Below are positions 1 to 9,587 of a stretch of 64,000 nucleotides of DNA, one piece after another (positions within the stretch are counted from its first letter, which is position 1; every line of letters starts with the position of its first letter). Position numbers and translations under genes: made by a program. The notes under the pieces were generated by a model. The model had not been told where the DNA came from, made no database searches, and saw nothing but the letters and a program-made list of their open reading frames with translations. Source of the DNA: an uncultured delta proteobacterium (GTDB lineage Bacteria > Myxococcota_A > Polyangia > Polyangiales > Houyiibacteriaceae); contig CAVOVB010000002.1 of assembly GCA_963699755.1 (NCBI GenBank), positions 448,001 to 512,000 on the forward strand. Reading direction: 5' to 3'.

Positions 1-2
1 TC

Positions 3-554
3 GAAGCCTACGCAGCGGTCGGCGATCATCCGATGGCGGACGCTATCGCGCTCGGCGGCGTTCGACTCTGCCATCGATCGCTCAAGGCAGCGACCGACGA
101 CGGCAACGATCTTCGAGCGCGCGCAGACATGCTCAAGGCGGCAATGATGGGAGCCGTTGCTTTCCAGAAGGGGCTCGGTGCGTGCCACTCCCTTGCCCAC
201 CCTCTTTCGGCAGAGCTCGGCATGCATCACGGGCTGGCCAACGCGATTTGTCTACCCGCGGTCCTCGATTTCAATCGCGCAGCGGTGCCCGAACGCATTG
301 CGGAGATCGCCCGGCAGCTCGGTGTTCGGGCCGGGGATGAAAGCACTCTGGCGTTCGAGTGTGCCGGCGCGGTGCGCGCCCTGCGCAAATCGATCGGCTT
401 GCCTGCGGACCTGCGTTCACAGGGGGTTGAGGAAGGCCAGCTGCCGAGGCTCGCGGCGCTGGCATTCGCCGATTCCTGCCACGAGCTCAACCCTCGCCGC
501 TGCAGCGAGGACGATCTCCTCGCTCTCTACAAGGCAAGCCTCGACGATGGCTAA
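3..554 (+). CDS. Iron-containing alcohol dehydrogenase, C-terminal part (5' end outside window)
   Basis: Open from base 3 (EAYAAVGDHPMADAIAL...). Fe-ADH metal-binding motifs GLGACHSLAH and HHGLANAI; ends NPRRCSEDDLLALY. Confidence 0.9.
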   Translation, partial: EAYAAVGDHPMADAIALGGVRLCHRSLKAATDDGNDLRARADMLKAAMMGAVAFQKGLGACHSLAHPLSAELGMHHGLANAICLPAVLDFNRAAVPERIAEIARQLGVRAGDESTLAFECAGAVRALRKSIGLPADLRSQGVEEGQLPRLAALAFADSCHELNPRRCSEDDLLALYKASLDDG

Positions 555-1020
555 GCGAAGGAAGGGGAAGCTCGAGTCGGTCTCCAAATTGCTCAAAGGC
601 GTCTACCCGGCACCGGATCAGCTGGAAGCGGCGAAGGCCTTCTCCTGGTGGACCCGGTCCGTCCCCCCCCGCATCTTGGAACACGCACGCCCCGTCCGAG
701 TTTCGCGCGGCGTTCTGATCGTGCACGTCAGCTCGTCGGTCTGGGCGAACGAGCTGCAGTACCTCACTAGCGATCTACTCGTGCGCCTTCGAGAGGCAGC
801 GCCGACGAGCGGGATTGAGAAAATCCGCTTTCAGGTCGGCCCTCTGCCGAAGATCCCAAAACACCTCAAGCCCGCGCCGCAGCGACCGGAGCCGGTGCGC
901 TTGGCGTCGTTGCCAGAGGAGCTCGGACGAGCACTGAGCCGGGTCGAGGATGACGCGCTGCGAAAGGCGATTACGGAAGCGGCGACGACCAGCTTGGCTC
1001 GGCTGAGGAAACCGGACTGA
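547..1020 (+). CDS. dciA: DUF721/DciA family protein (replicative helicase loader)
   Basis: ATG at 547 overlaps the upstream gene end. W...V..RILEHARPVRVSRGVLIVHVSSSVWANELQY...IEKIRFQVG is the DUF721 pattern. The ORF track's 157-546 extension lies inside the ADH gene and is spurious. Confidence 0.75.
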   Translation: MAKRRKGKLESVSKLLKGVYPAPDQLEAAKAFSWWTRSVPPRILEHARPVRVSRGVLIVHVSSSVWANELQYLTSDLLVRLREAAPTSGIEKIRFQVGPLPKIPKHLKPAPQRPEPVRLASLPEELGRALSRVEDDALRKAITEAATTSLARLRKPD

Positions 1021-1121
1021 GTCTCTCGCGCCGATGCTTTGCATCGCTCGAGCTGCGGATCCTCACGTGCCGATACCCGCTGACGACGGTTCGGCGGCTT
1101 GCTGGTTCGCGGTTGCGCGAT

Positions 1122-1451
1122 TTAGCGGTGATACGGCTGTCTCGCGGCGCGAATCATGGCTTCCAGAGTCTCGGGGCCTTCTGCCGAGGAGAGTCGTTGG
1201 CAGACATCCTCAGGCAGCGCAAGCGTGACCGCCTGGAGCTTGCTCTGTGTCAGCATCGAGACCGTGACCCCGAGCTCCCGTCCGATGCGTCCCAGCAGGT
1301 CGACGCCGGGGTCCGCGACCTCTGCGTTTTCGAGGCGGGCAATGGTGCGTCTCGATACGCCCACCCGCTCGGCGAGCTCCAGCTGACCGATGCGGTTGCG
1401 GAGCTCCCGCAGGATTGGGACGTTGGCAGAAATGACATCGATACTGGCCAT
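1122..1451 (-). CDS. XRE/Cro-family helix-turn-helix transcriptional regulator
   Basis: LRELRNRIGQLELAERVGVSRRTIARLENAEVADPGVDLLGRIGRELGV is an HTH_3 pattern. Confidence 0.85.
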   Translation of the reverse strand: MASIDVISANVPILRELRNRIGQLELAERVGVSRRTIARLENAEVADPGVDLLGRIGRELGVTVSMLTQSKLQAVTLALPEDVCQRLSSAEGPETLEAMIRAARQPYHR

Positions 1452-1453
1452 GC

Positions 1454-1471
1454 ATGGACACTATCGTCCAT
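1454..1471. promoter_or_regulatory. Inverted repeat, candidate operator of the XRE regulator
   Basis: ATGGAC-actatc-GTCCAT, 2 nt upstream of the regulator's ATG (1451). Confidence 0.4.
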
Positions 1472-1491
1472 CTCGAGGCAACACAAGGCCG

Positions 1492-2292
1492 CTATTGCCG
1501 TCGCAGGCCCTCGGTCAGCTCCGAGACCAAGGCTGCGACGGAGGCTCGCGCTTCGTCGACGCTCGCGGCCTCTTCGATCCTCTGGACCACCGCGCTGCCA
1601 ACCACGACCCCGTCGACGTGGGGCGCAACCGTGGCCACGTCCTTCCTCGTCTTCACGCCAAAGCCAATCGCGACGGGACAGCCGAGCTCGCGCTGCAATC
1701 CGCCCGCCCGCTTCGATGCCTCGGCAAGGTCGGTTGCCTGCGAACCGGTCACACCGGTCATCGACACGTAGTAGAGGAACGAAGTCGCCGCGTCCGCCGC
1801 CAACTTGATACGCTCGGGATCGCTCGTCGGGGCCACGAGCGGAATGAAGTCGAGGCCCTTTGCGATCGCCGGCCCTCGGAGACCTGCGCTTTCCTCTGGT
1901 GGCAGATCGACGACGAGGAATCCGTCAGCGCCGCTCTCTGCCGCGTCGTCGACGAGCCGCTGCTCGCCGTACGAGAGAATCGGATTGTAATATCCGAAGA
2001 GCAGAAGCGGCACGTCGGTGCGACCGCGAATGGCGCGAACCGTGTCGAGCACCTTGGCGAGCGTCGTTCCGCCCCGGAGGGCTCGCTCGGCGGCCCTCTG
2101 AATCGCTGGCCCATCAGCGGTTGGATCGCTGAATGGAACCCCGAGCTCGATCACGTCGGCCCCCGCATCGGCGGCGGTGACGACCAGGTCGACCGTGGCG
2201 CTCAGATCGGGGTCTCCCGCGCACAGATAAATGACCAGGGCAGCGCGGTTCTCGTTTCGCGCGTTCTCGAACGCTGCAGCGATGCGGCCCAT
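1492..2292 (-). CDS. trpA: Tryptophan synthase alpha chain
   Basis: IELGVPFSDPTADGPAIQRA, YYNPI, VDLPPEE, YYVSMTGVTG, IGFGV, DGVVVGSA. Confidence 0.98.
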   Translation of the reverse strand: MGRIAAAFENARNENRAALVIYLCAGDPDLSATVDLVVTAADAGADVIELGVPFSDPTADGPAIQRAAERALRGGTTLAKVLDTVRAIRGRTDVPLLLFGYYNPILSYGEQRLVDDAAESGADGFLVVDLPPEESAGLRGPAIAKGLDFIPLVAPTSDPERIKLAADAATSFLYYVSMTGVTGSQATDLAEASKRAGGLQRELGCPVAIGFGVKTRKDVATVAPHVDGVVVGSAVVQRIEEAASVDEARASVAALVSELTEGLRRQ

Positions 2293-2297
2293 CTGAA

Positions 2298-3488
2298 TTA
2301 GCCCCTTTCCTGGAGCTTTTCGAGCACTGTCTCGAGGTCCTTGTCACCACGCCCGGACAAGCAGACCAGGATGTCGGCGTCCGGCCCGAGCTCCTTGGCG
2401 AGCGTCGGAAGATACGCAAACGCATGGCTGGTCTCGAGCGCTGGGATGATGCCCTCGATGCGGCATAGCTGCAAAAACGCGTCAAGCGCGGCATCGTCGG
2501 TCACCGCCGTATAGGTCGCGCGCCCGGTGTCCTTGAGCCAGGCATGCTCCGGACCCACACCCGGGTAGTCGAGCCCTGCGCTGATCGAATGCGCTTCGAC
2601 GATCTGGCCGTCCTCTGTTTGAAGCATGTAGCTCTTCGCCCCGTGCAGAACGCCGACGCTGCCAGCACAAAGCGGAGCAGCATGATGACCGGAATGGATG
2701 CCTTCGCCAGCAGCTTCGACTCCGATCAAGCGAACTGACTCGTCGTCTATGAAGCCAGCGAAGATGCCCATTGCATTCGAGCCGCCGCCGACGCATGCGA
2801 CGACCGCATCGGGAAGCTTTCCGGCCTGCTCCAACATCTGCGCGCGCGCCTCCACCCCAATCACCGCCTGGAAATCTCGCACTATCATCGGATACGGATG
2901 CGGGCCCGCCACCGAACCGACGCAGTAGTGAGTGGTGCGCACGTTGGTCACCCAATCACGAAGCGCCTCGTTCATCGCGTCCTTCAATGTCGCGGACCCT
3001 GAAGTGACCGAGTGCACTTGCGCGCCGAGCAGCTCCATGCGCCGGACATTGGGCGCTTGGCGGTGGACGTCCTCTGCACCCATGTAGACCTCGCAGGGCA
3101 GCCCCATCAGCGCGCAAGCGGTGGCGGTTGCTACCCCATGTTGGCCAGCGCCAGTCTCGGCGATGATCCGGGTCTTGTTCATCCGCTTGGCCAGCAGAAT
3201 TTGGCCGATCGTGTTGTTGACCTTGTGCGCGCCGGTATGACAGAGGTCTTCGCGTTTGAGCCAGATCCGCGCCCGGACTTCTTCGCTGAGGCGAGACGCA
3301 AAATAGGTCGGCGTCCCGCGCCCGGCATAGTGATGGAGGAGCGAATCCAGCTCCGACTGAAAGGCGGGATCGCTCCGAGATGTCTCGTAAGCCTGCGTCA
3401 GCTCGTCGAGCGCAGGCATGAGGGTCTCGGCTACGTAGCGTCCACCATAAGGGCCGTAGCGCCCAGTAGCGGGTTGGGGGGGTTGCAT
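2298..3488 (-). CDS. trpB: Tryptophan synthase beta chain
   Basis: [31 protein letters not shown] (PLP lysine), [46 protein letters not shown]. Start is ATG 3488 or 3509, not 3695. Confidence 0.97.
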   Translation of the reverse strand: MQPPQPATGRYGPYGGRYVAETLMPALDELTQAYETSRSDPAFQSELDSLLHHYAGRGTPTYFASRLSEEVRARIWLKREDLCHTGAHKVNNTIGQILLAKRMNKTRIIAETGAGQHGVATATACALMGLPCEVYMGAEDVHRQAPNVRRMELLGAQVHSVTSGSATLKDAMNEALRDWVTNVRTTHYCVGSVAGPHPYPMIVRDFQAVIGVEARAQMLEQAGKLPDAVVACVGGGSNAMGIFAGFIDDESVRLIGVEAAGEGIHSGHHAAPLCAGSVGVLHGAKSYMLQTEDGQIVEAHSISAGLDYPGVGPEHAWLKDTGRATYTAVTDDAALDAFLQLCRIEGIIPALETSHAFAYLPTLAKELGPDADILVCLSGRGDKDLETVLEKLQERG

Positions 3489-3524
3489 GAGGCGCGGAAC
3501 GTAGCGCATAGGAGAGTCGGGCGC

Positions 3525-4346
3525 ATGCCTATGAAAGAGCCGAATCGAACCAGCCCTCATCCACTCGACCGTCAAGCCTACGAGCGCCTTCTGCAGCGCG
3601 TTTCGTTCCTGCATGAGTGGTTTCAGCCGAGCATCGAAGGCGTCGAAAACATCCCCACCGAAGGGGGCGCTCTCATCGTGACCAATCACGGTCATTTTGG
3701 CATCGACCTTCCCGTTCTTCTGCGACTCATTCTCGAAGAGAGCGGCAGGGCCGTTCGGTCACTCGGAGACCGCGTGGTTTTCGCAATGCCGATCTTTCGC
3801 GAACTCGCGCACAACATGGGTGCCATCGAAGGCGAGCCCAGAGCAACCGTTCAATTGCTAGAGGAAGATCAACTGGTACTGGTCTATCCGGGTGGAGCGA
3901 GAGAAGCCCTCAGCGATCCCGCGGACGCGTACCGACTGCAATGGGAGAACAGCCGCGGCTTCATTCGTACGGCGCTGCTTGCGCAGAAACCGATCATCCC
4001 TATCGCCGGCCTCGGCAATGAAGAGCTCTACGTCCAGGTCATTTCGCAGGATCGGGTTCGACAAAGCGGCGTGGGCCGCCTCATTTCGCAGCTGCTCGGC
4101 GACAAATACGTCATGCCCATCTACATGGGCCTCGGCGCGCTTCCGTTTCCCACAGAGCTGCACTACGTCGTCGGAGAGCCCATTCATCTGCCGCACGGCC
4201 CGGAAGCTGCCGACAATCCCGAGATCGTGGCGAAGCTCCACCAGCAAGTGACCGAAACGACCCAGCAGCTGATCGACAAGGGCCTCGATGAACGCAAAGC
4301 CGCCGCTGAGGCCGACACTGTTGCTGTCTCACGCCGCGCGACGTGA
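3525..4346 (+). CDS. Lysophospholipid/diacylglycerol acyltransferase (PlsC/DAGAT-like)
   Basis: [24 protein letters not shown] (NHx5D), [27 protein letters not shown]. Start is ATG 3525 or 3531. Confidence 0.88.
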   Translation: MPMKEPNRTSPHPLDRQAYERLLQRVSFLHEWFQPSIEGVENIPTEGGALIVTNHGHFGIDLPVLLRLILEESGRAVRSLGDRVVFAMPIFRELAHNMGAIEGEPRATVQLLEEDQLVLVYPGGAREALSDPADAYRLQWENSRGFIRTALLAQKPIIPIAGLGNEELYVQVISQDRVRQSGVGRLISQLLGDKYVMPIYMGLGALPFPTELHYVVGEPIHLPHGPEAADNPEIVAKLHQQVTETTQQLIDKGLDERKAAAEADTVAVSRRAT

Positions 4347-4924
4347 TAGAGTCAACTTTGAAGTCGGCGATGCAGTATAAGCTCTACCGCAGAACCTTCG
4401 CGAAGCTCAGCCTCTTGACCGGGGCAAGCGTGCTGATTCTCCCCGCGTGCAGCGATGATTCCGTCGCACCTGTACGTACGGGCACGCTCACAGCTGAAGA
4501 GCGCGAGCTGCTCGAGCGCTTCGCGCAGGTTTTTTTGCCGACCGACGGCACTTCACTCAAACCACGTGCGGAAGTTCCGGTGGTGGACAATATCGATCAT
4601 GCGTTCTCACTGATGGACGCTCAGACCCTCGACCAGGTTCGCGTCGGCCTCAAGCTCTTCAACTACGGGTCGATTCTGATCGGGCTTCACTTCGCACGCT
4701 TCGTCCACCTCTCGGCGGAGCGTCGGCTCGCCTACATCGAGCGTTGGGAGCAGGGCATCGAGATCCAACGCGGGGTCTCCACCCTCCTCAAGAAGCTGGT
4801 CTGCTACGGCTACTGGACAGACATCGAGGCAGGCCGGGCCATCGGTTATCAGGGGCCGGTATCTGACGCAGCTGGTGTCCCGAGCCTCGGCAACGCCCCG
4901 ATGCCTCGAACCAACAACGGGTGA
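4343..4924 (+). CDS. Tat-exported lipoprotein resembling gluconate 2-dehydrogenase subunit 3, partner of the GMC oxidoreductase
   Basis: RRTFAK twin-arginine motif and ILPAC lipobox; C-terminal LKKLVCYGYW...IGYQGP is typical of GMC-associated subunits; overlaps both neighbours. Confidence 0.7.
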   Translation: MIESTLKSAMQYKLYRRTFAKLSLLTGASVLILPACSDDSVAPVRTGTLTAEERELLERFAQVFLPTDGTSLKPRAEVPVVDNIDHAFSLMDAQTLDQVRVGLKLFNYGSILIGLHFARFVHLSAERRLAYIERWEQGIEIQRGVSTLLKKLVCYGYWTDIEAGRAIGYQGPVSDAAGVPSLGNAPMPRTNNG

Positions 4925-6486
4925 TGGCGTTGGCAGACGAACCCACAGCGAAGATCCAAGCCCTTCCCGAGCTGAAGGTGACGTCACCGGCGCAAATCCC
5001 AGAGGCAGGGCTCGACCTCGAAGCGGACGTCGTGATCATCGGTTCGGGCGCCGCAGGTGCGGTGACGGCCTACGAGCTGTCGCGTTCCGGGGCCAAAGTG
5101 GTCGTCCTGGAAGCGGGCCCATACATCAGGTCCAGCGAGTTTCAGGAACACGCGCCTACGGCTCTCGAGACCTTGTACGAGGACCACGGGAATCAGGTCA
5201 ATAGCACTGGGGACCTGACCATCCTGCAGGGCAAGTGCATCGGAGGCTCGACCGTCGTTAATGCCGCCGCCTGTTTCCGGGTTCCAGACCAGGTTCTCGA
5301 AAGCTGGGCAGAGGAGCACGGTCTGGACGAGCTCACCGCTGAGTCGCTGGCTCCCTACTTCGAACGCGTGGAACGCAATCTCTCGGTTCATCAGAACGAG
5401 CCGCAAGAGGTCAACTACAACGGGCGCCTGCTCATCGAAGGCGCCGCGAAGGTGGGCATTCCCGCGTCTCCCATTTCTCGCAACATCAAGAACTGCGCGC
5501 TCTCGGGGCACTGCATTTCCGGATGCAAGACCGACCGTAAGCAGTCGATGCTGGTCACTTACCTGCCTTGGGCGAGCGAGCTCGGGGCGACAATCTTCAG
5601 CGGAACGCGAGCGAAAACCTTCGAGGTCAGCGGTCGGCGCGTGACTGCGGTGAACGCGGTCGCCACCGATCCGAACGGGAACACCAGACCGGTCCGCGTA
5701 CGCTCAGGGCTGGTCGTCGTCGCGGCCGGCGCAGTGCAGACCCCGCTACTGTTCCAACACAACAAGATCGGAAACAGCAGCGGCCAAGTCGGCCTCAACT
5801 TCGCGTGTCACCCTTCCCTCGCGGTCTTCGGGGAGCATCGCAACGACATCTACGCCTGGGTTGGCGCCACGCTGACCGCGCAGGCCGGCGACATCGAGAA
5901 CCCCTTGAAAGGAGGCTATCTGCTCGAAGCCGGCATGGTCGGCCCGGTCATCACCAGCGCCTGGATCGATGGAGGCCTGGGAAGCGACTTCGTCGCGTTC
6001 ATGGAAAGCAGCAAGAAGTTCCAGGCGGCTGTGACCTTGATTCACGACCACAACGTCGGTCGGATCTACCTCGACGGCGACCGCAAGCGAATAGACTATG
6101 ACCTCGACGATCGTGACTTCGAGTCGATGAGGGAAGCGCTACGCGGGACCGCTCGGATCTACTTTGCAGCTGGCGCGCACCGCGTGTATCTACCAACGAC
6201 TCGGCGGACCACGATCGAAAGCGAGGATCAAATCGATTCGGTCATCAACCGCCTTCGGAACGCGAAGCACGCGTACCGCATGAATTCGTACCATCCCCAG
6301 GGGACGATGCGGATGGGCGCCGATCCTGCGAAGAGCGTCGTCGGGCCGAGCGGCCGCTGTCACGACCTCGACAACGTCTACGTGCCGGATGCAAGTCTCT
6401 TCCCGTCCTCGCTCTTGGTGAACCCTCAGATCACCGTCTACACGATGGCCAGCTACATCGCTGATCAGATCCTGGCGCGCGCCTGA
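4924..6486 (+). CDS. GMC family FAD oxidoreductase (long-chain alcohol oxidase-like)
   Basis: DVVIIGSGAAG, LEAG, GKCIGGSTVVN, C..SGHC..GC...RKQS, AAGAVQTP, HPQGTMRMG, DASLFPSS..VNPQIT. Confidence 0.93.
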   Translation: MALADEPTAKIQALPELKVTSPAQIPEAGLDLEADVVIIGSGAAGAVTAYELSRSGAKVVVLEAGPYIRSSEFQEHAPTALETLYEDHGNQVNSTGDLTILQGKCIGGSTVVNAAACFRVPDQVLESWAEEHGLDELTAESLAPYFERVERNLSVHQNEPQEVNYNGRLLIEGAAKVGIPASPISRNIKNCALSGHCISGCKTDRKQSMLVTYLPWASELGATIFSGTRAKTFEVSGRRVTAVNAVATDPNGNTRPVRVRSGLVVVAAGAVQTPLLFQHNKIGNSSGQVGLNFACHPSLAVFGEHRNDIYAWVGATLTAQAGDIENPLKGGYLLEAGMVGPVITSAWIDGGLGSDFVAFMESSKKFQAAVTLIHDHNVGRIYLDGDRKRIDYDLDDRDFESMREALRGTARIYFAAGAHRVYLPTTRRTTIESEDQIDSVINRLRNAKHAYRMNSYHPQGTMRMGADPAKSVVGPSGRCHDLDNVYVPDASLFPSSLLVNPQITVYTMASYIADQILARA

Positions 6487-6495
6487 AGGCGCGAG

Positions 6496-6900
6496 CTACT
6501 GAGCCTTCCGCATCCGGCTGAAGCACCATAGACCGCCGTCGGCCTCAACGAGCTGAAAGCCTTGCTCTCCAAGGCCAGAGAACTGCTTGGTCATCTCTTC
6601 GGGTTTCTTGCTAGGGCGAACGCATTTGTATTCCCAGTTGTACGAGCACCACTGGCCGTGGTGAGGATGGCCCTTGCCACAGTGCGCACATCCCTTGCCC
6701 TGATTGCACTGGGGACAGGCAGTGCCCTCGGCGCAGCGTGGGCAGGCTTCGCCGGCCGAGCAGTGAGGACAAGTGGCGGTTTTTGCACAGGTCTTGCAAG
6801 ACACCTCCTTGCCATCGGTCTGAGATTGGGCGGGGATAGTGTCAGACGCGGCCCAGATCAGGCCGGCGATGAGAACAAAAGCGAGAAGCACGGGGCGCAT
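6496..6900 (-). CDS. Exported Cys-rich protein with five CxxC motifs and a DUF4177-like C-terminus
   Basis: Hydrophobic signal peptide preceded by GGAGG; CxxC at residues 35, 44, 53, 62, 71; HPHH; WEYKCV...FSGLGEQGFQLV...F.R resembles DUF4177. Confidence 0.75.
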   Translation of the reverse strand: MRPVLLAFVLIAGLIWAASDTIPAQSQTDGKEVSCKTCAKTATCPHCSAGEACPRCAEGTACPQCNQGKGCAHCGKGHPHHGQWCSYNWEYKCVRPSKKPEEMTKQFSGLGEQGFQLVEADGGLWCFSRMRKAQ

Positions 6901-6952
6901 GAATCCTCCTGGCGTCGAGGCCCGGACGCTAGCACGCCCCGCTGAGGCCGCG

Positions 6953-7564
6953 CTATGTGCGTTTGGCCGCGTCGATGAAGCGTTTGACCAGATCTGGATC
7001 CTTGCGACCGGGCGCCGATTCGACTCCTGACGCTACGTCGACGCGGAACGGTTTCACCGTCGCCACGGCCTTGGCGACATTGTCCGGGGTCAGGCCACCG
7101 GCCAGGGTTAGCTTGCGCTCCTTGGCGACCTCTGCAGCGATCGTCCAGTCGAAGGTTCTGCCCGTGCCACCGGGCATGCCAGGAACGCTCGCATCGAGCA
7201 GGAGGTGCTCCCCTGGGTACCTTCGCGCGAGCTCGACGGCCGAGCCGTCTTTCACGCCGATCGCCTTGTAGGCGCTCGGCAGGAGCTCGGCGATCATCTC
7301 GGGCGGCTCAGCGCCGTGCAGCTGCGCCCAAACGATGCCGGTTTCGCGCAGGATCTCCTGAATCTCGTCGAGACTGAAATCAACGAATACACCAACCATT
7401 TGGGCAAGATCAGCGCCGGCCTCGACGATCGCGCGGGCCGTCGGGATGTCGACGCACCGCGGCGAGCCCGGCCAGAAGTTGAGGCCGATCACGTCTGCAC
7501 CCGCTCGAATGCAGCGCAGCGCCTCCTCTATACTGGTTAACCCGCAGATTTTGACCTCGGCCAT
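6953..7564 (-). CDS. trpF: Phosphoribosylanthranilate isomerase
   Basis: VKICGLTS, GLNFWPGSPR, VGVFVD, AQLHG, LLDA...GGTGRTFDW, LAGGLTPDNV, VDVASGVE. Start is probably ATG 7564. Confidence 0.96.
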   Translation of the reverse strand: MAEVKICGLTSIEEALRCIRAGADVIGLNFWPGSPRCVDIPTARAIVEAGADLAQMVGVFVDFSLDEIQEILRETGIVWAQLHGAEPPEMIAELLPSAYKAIGVKDGSAVELARRYPGEHLLLDASVPGMPGGTGRTFDWTIAAEVAKERKLTLAGGLTPDNVAKAVATVKPFRVDVASGVESAPGRKDPDLVKRFIDAAKRT

Positions 7565-7709
7565 GTCCCGAGGATGGGCCGCCACGGCCTCTTCGTCCAA
7601 CCTGCCCCGAGCGCTTGCGACCTGTGGAGACCGGTTCTAGAAAGGCAGCCAGTTTGGGCCGGAAGGACGGGCGCAGGAGCGCCGGCGGGACTAGAATTGG
7701 TTGTAGAGC

Positions 7710-9587
7710 ATGAAAACATCTGCCGCTGCGCGTGTTCAGCCGAGTCCGCGTGAAACCCTCGATTCTGTCGTGATTCGCTTCGCTGGCGACTCCGGTGACG
7801 GAATGCAACTCACTGGGAGCCAGTTCACGACGGCAACTGCGAACGCGGGGAATGATCTGTCGACGTTCCCGGATTTCCCAGCCGAAATTCGTGCGCCGGC
7901 AGGCACGACCTACGGTGTTTCGGGCTACCAGATACACTTCGCTTCCCACGATGTGCTCACCCCCGGTGATACACCGGACGTGCTGGTGGCGATGAATCCC
8001 GCTGCGCTCAAAGTGAACAGTGACGCGCTCAAGCCAGGCGGATTGCTGGTCGTCAACACCGGCGCATTCACAACGACTAATCTCAAGAAAGCCGGCTACG
8101 AAAGCAACCCGCTCGAAGACGGCTCGGTGGACCGCTTTCGCGTGTTACCGCTCGACGTGTCGAAGCTGACGCTCGATGCGGTCAAAGACGTTGGCCTGGG
8201 CTCGAAAGATGCGAATCGCTGCAAGAACATGTGGACGCTCGGCCTCATGTACTGGCTCTTCGGACGCGAACGGGATCAGACGGTCGCGTGGCTCAGGAGC
8301 AAGTTCGCGAAGCGTCCCGAGCTCGCCGAAGCAAACATCGCCGCGCTCAACGCGGGCCACATCTACGGCGAAAACGCGGAGCTGCCGCACGGAATCAACG
8401 CGTACCAGGTGCCGGCAGCGAATCTGACCCCGGGCGAATACAGAAACATCAGCGGCAGCGAAGCCACTGCTTGGGGCCTGGTCACCGGCGTGCAGCTTGC
8501 AGGCCTCAAGATGGTGTACGGCTCCTATCCGATCACACCGGCCTCGAATCTCCTCCACCAGTTGGCTCGTCTCAAGCATTTCGGCGTGACGACCTTCCAA
8601 GCGGAGGACGAAATCGCAGCGGTTGCGGCCGCGGTGGGCGCGAGCTTCGCCGGTTCGGTCGGCGTGACCGGGACCTCTGGACCCGGCGTCGCCTTGAAGT
8701 CCGAAGCGATCGGTTTGGCGATCGCCGCCGAGCTGCCCCTGGTGGTCGTTAACGTGCAACGAGGAGGGCCGTCGACCGGGCTTCCGACGAAAACCGAACA
8801 GTCCGACCTCTTCCAGGCCGTCGTAGGACGCAACGGCGATGCGCCGCTGGTGGTCTTGGCTGCTGCGACGCCGGGCGACTGCTACTACATGGCGATCGAA
8901 GCAGTTCGGATGGCCGTGAAATACATGACACCGGTCATCCTGCTCACTGACGGTTATCTCGCCAACAGCGCGGAACCTTGGCTGCTCCCCGACCTCGACG
9001 AGCTACGACCATTTCCGGTCGAGTTCCACCGCGACCCGGAGGGATTTCATCCTTTCTTGCGAGATGAGCAAACCCTCGCTCGCGTTTGGGCGGTTCCGGG
9101 CACCCCCGGCCTCGAGCACCGCATCGGCGGCCTCGAAAAGGACAGGGACAGCGGCCACATTTCATACGACCCTCAGAACCATCACAGGATGACCACCATT
9201 CGGCACCAGAAGGTTGCTGGAATTGCGAGGGACATCGAACAGGCCAAGGTCGACCAGGGTGAGAGCGAGGGTGATTTGCTGGTCGTCGGCTGGGGCTCGA
9301 CCTATGGGGCGATCAGTCAGGCTGTGCGCTTGCTCCGCGAGAAGGGTCACGACGTCTCCCATTTGCACCTTCGCAACATCTGGCCTCTTCCCGAGGGGCT
9401 CGGTGATCTACTCAATTCGTTCAACAGCGTGCTGGTACCAGAGCTCAACAACGGGCAGCTGGTAATGTTGCTCAGGGCGGAGTTTCTCGTTCCCGCCGAG
9501 AGCCTCACACGGGTCACGGGACAACCCTTCCGAGTCGGCGGCCTCGTCGAAGCGGTGGAAGAGCGACTTCAACGGAGCGGAGAATGA
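7710..9587 (+). CDS. korA: 2-oxoacid:ferredoxin oxidoreductase alpha subunit
   Basis: RFAGDSGDGMQLTG, FPAEIRAPAGT, GSYPITPAS, QAEDEIAA, TSGPG, QRGGPSTGLPTKTEQSD, GWGSTYG. Confidence 0.95.
   Translation: MKTSAAARVQPSPRETLDSVVIRFAGDSGDGMQLTGSQFTTATANAGNDLSTFPDFPAEIRAPAGTTYGVSGYQIHFASHDVLTPGDTPDVLVAMNPAALKVNSDALKPGGLLVVNTGAFTTTNLKKAGYESNPLEDGSVDRFRVLPLDVSKLTLDAVKDVGLGSKDANRCKNMWTLGLMYWLFGRERDQTVAWLRSKFAKRPELAEANIAALNAGHIYGENAELPHGINAYQVPAANLTPGEYRNISGSEATAWGLVTGVQLAGLKMVYGSYPITPASNLLHQLARLKHFGVTTFQAEDEIAAVAAAVGASFAGSVGVTGTSGPGVALKSEAIGLAIAAELPLVVVNVQRGGPSTGLPTKTEQSDLFQAVVGRNGDAPLVVLAAATPGDCYYMAIEAVRMAVKYMTPVILLTDGYLANSAEPWLLPDLDELRPFPVEFHRDPEGFHPFLRDEQTLARVWAVPGTPGLEHRIGGLEKDRDSGHISYDPQNHHRMTTIRHQKVAGIARDIEQAKVDQGESEGDLLVVGWGSTYGAISQAVRLLREKGHDVSHLHLRNIWPLPEGLGDLLNSFNSVLVPELNNGQLVMLLRAEFLVPAESLTRVTGQPFRVGGLVEAVEERLQRSGE

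Noticed and set aside
3012..3695. Apparent 680-nt head-to-head overlap of trpB and the acyltransferase in the ORF track
   Set aside because: Artefact of longest-ORF starts; family motifs begin near 3488 and 3525.
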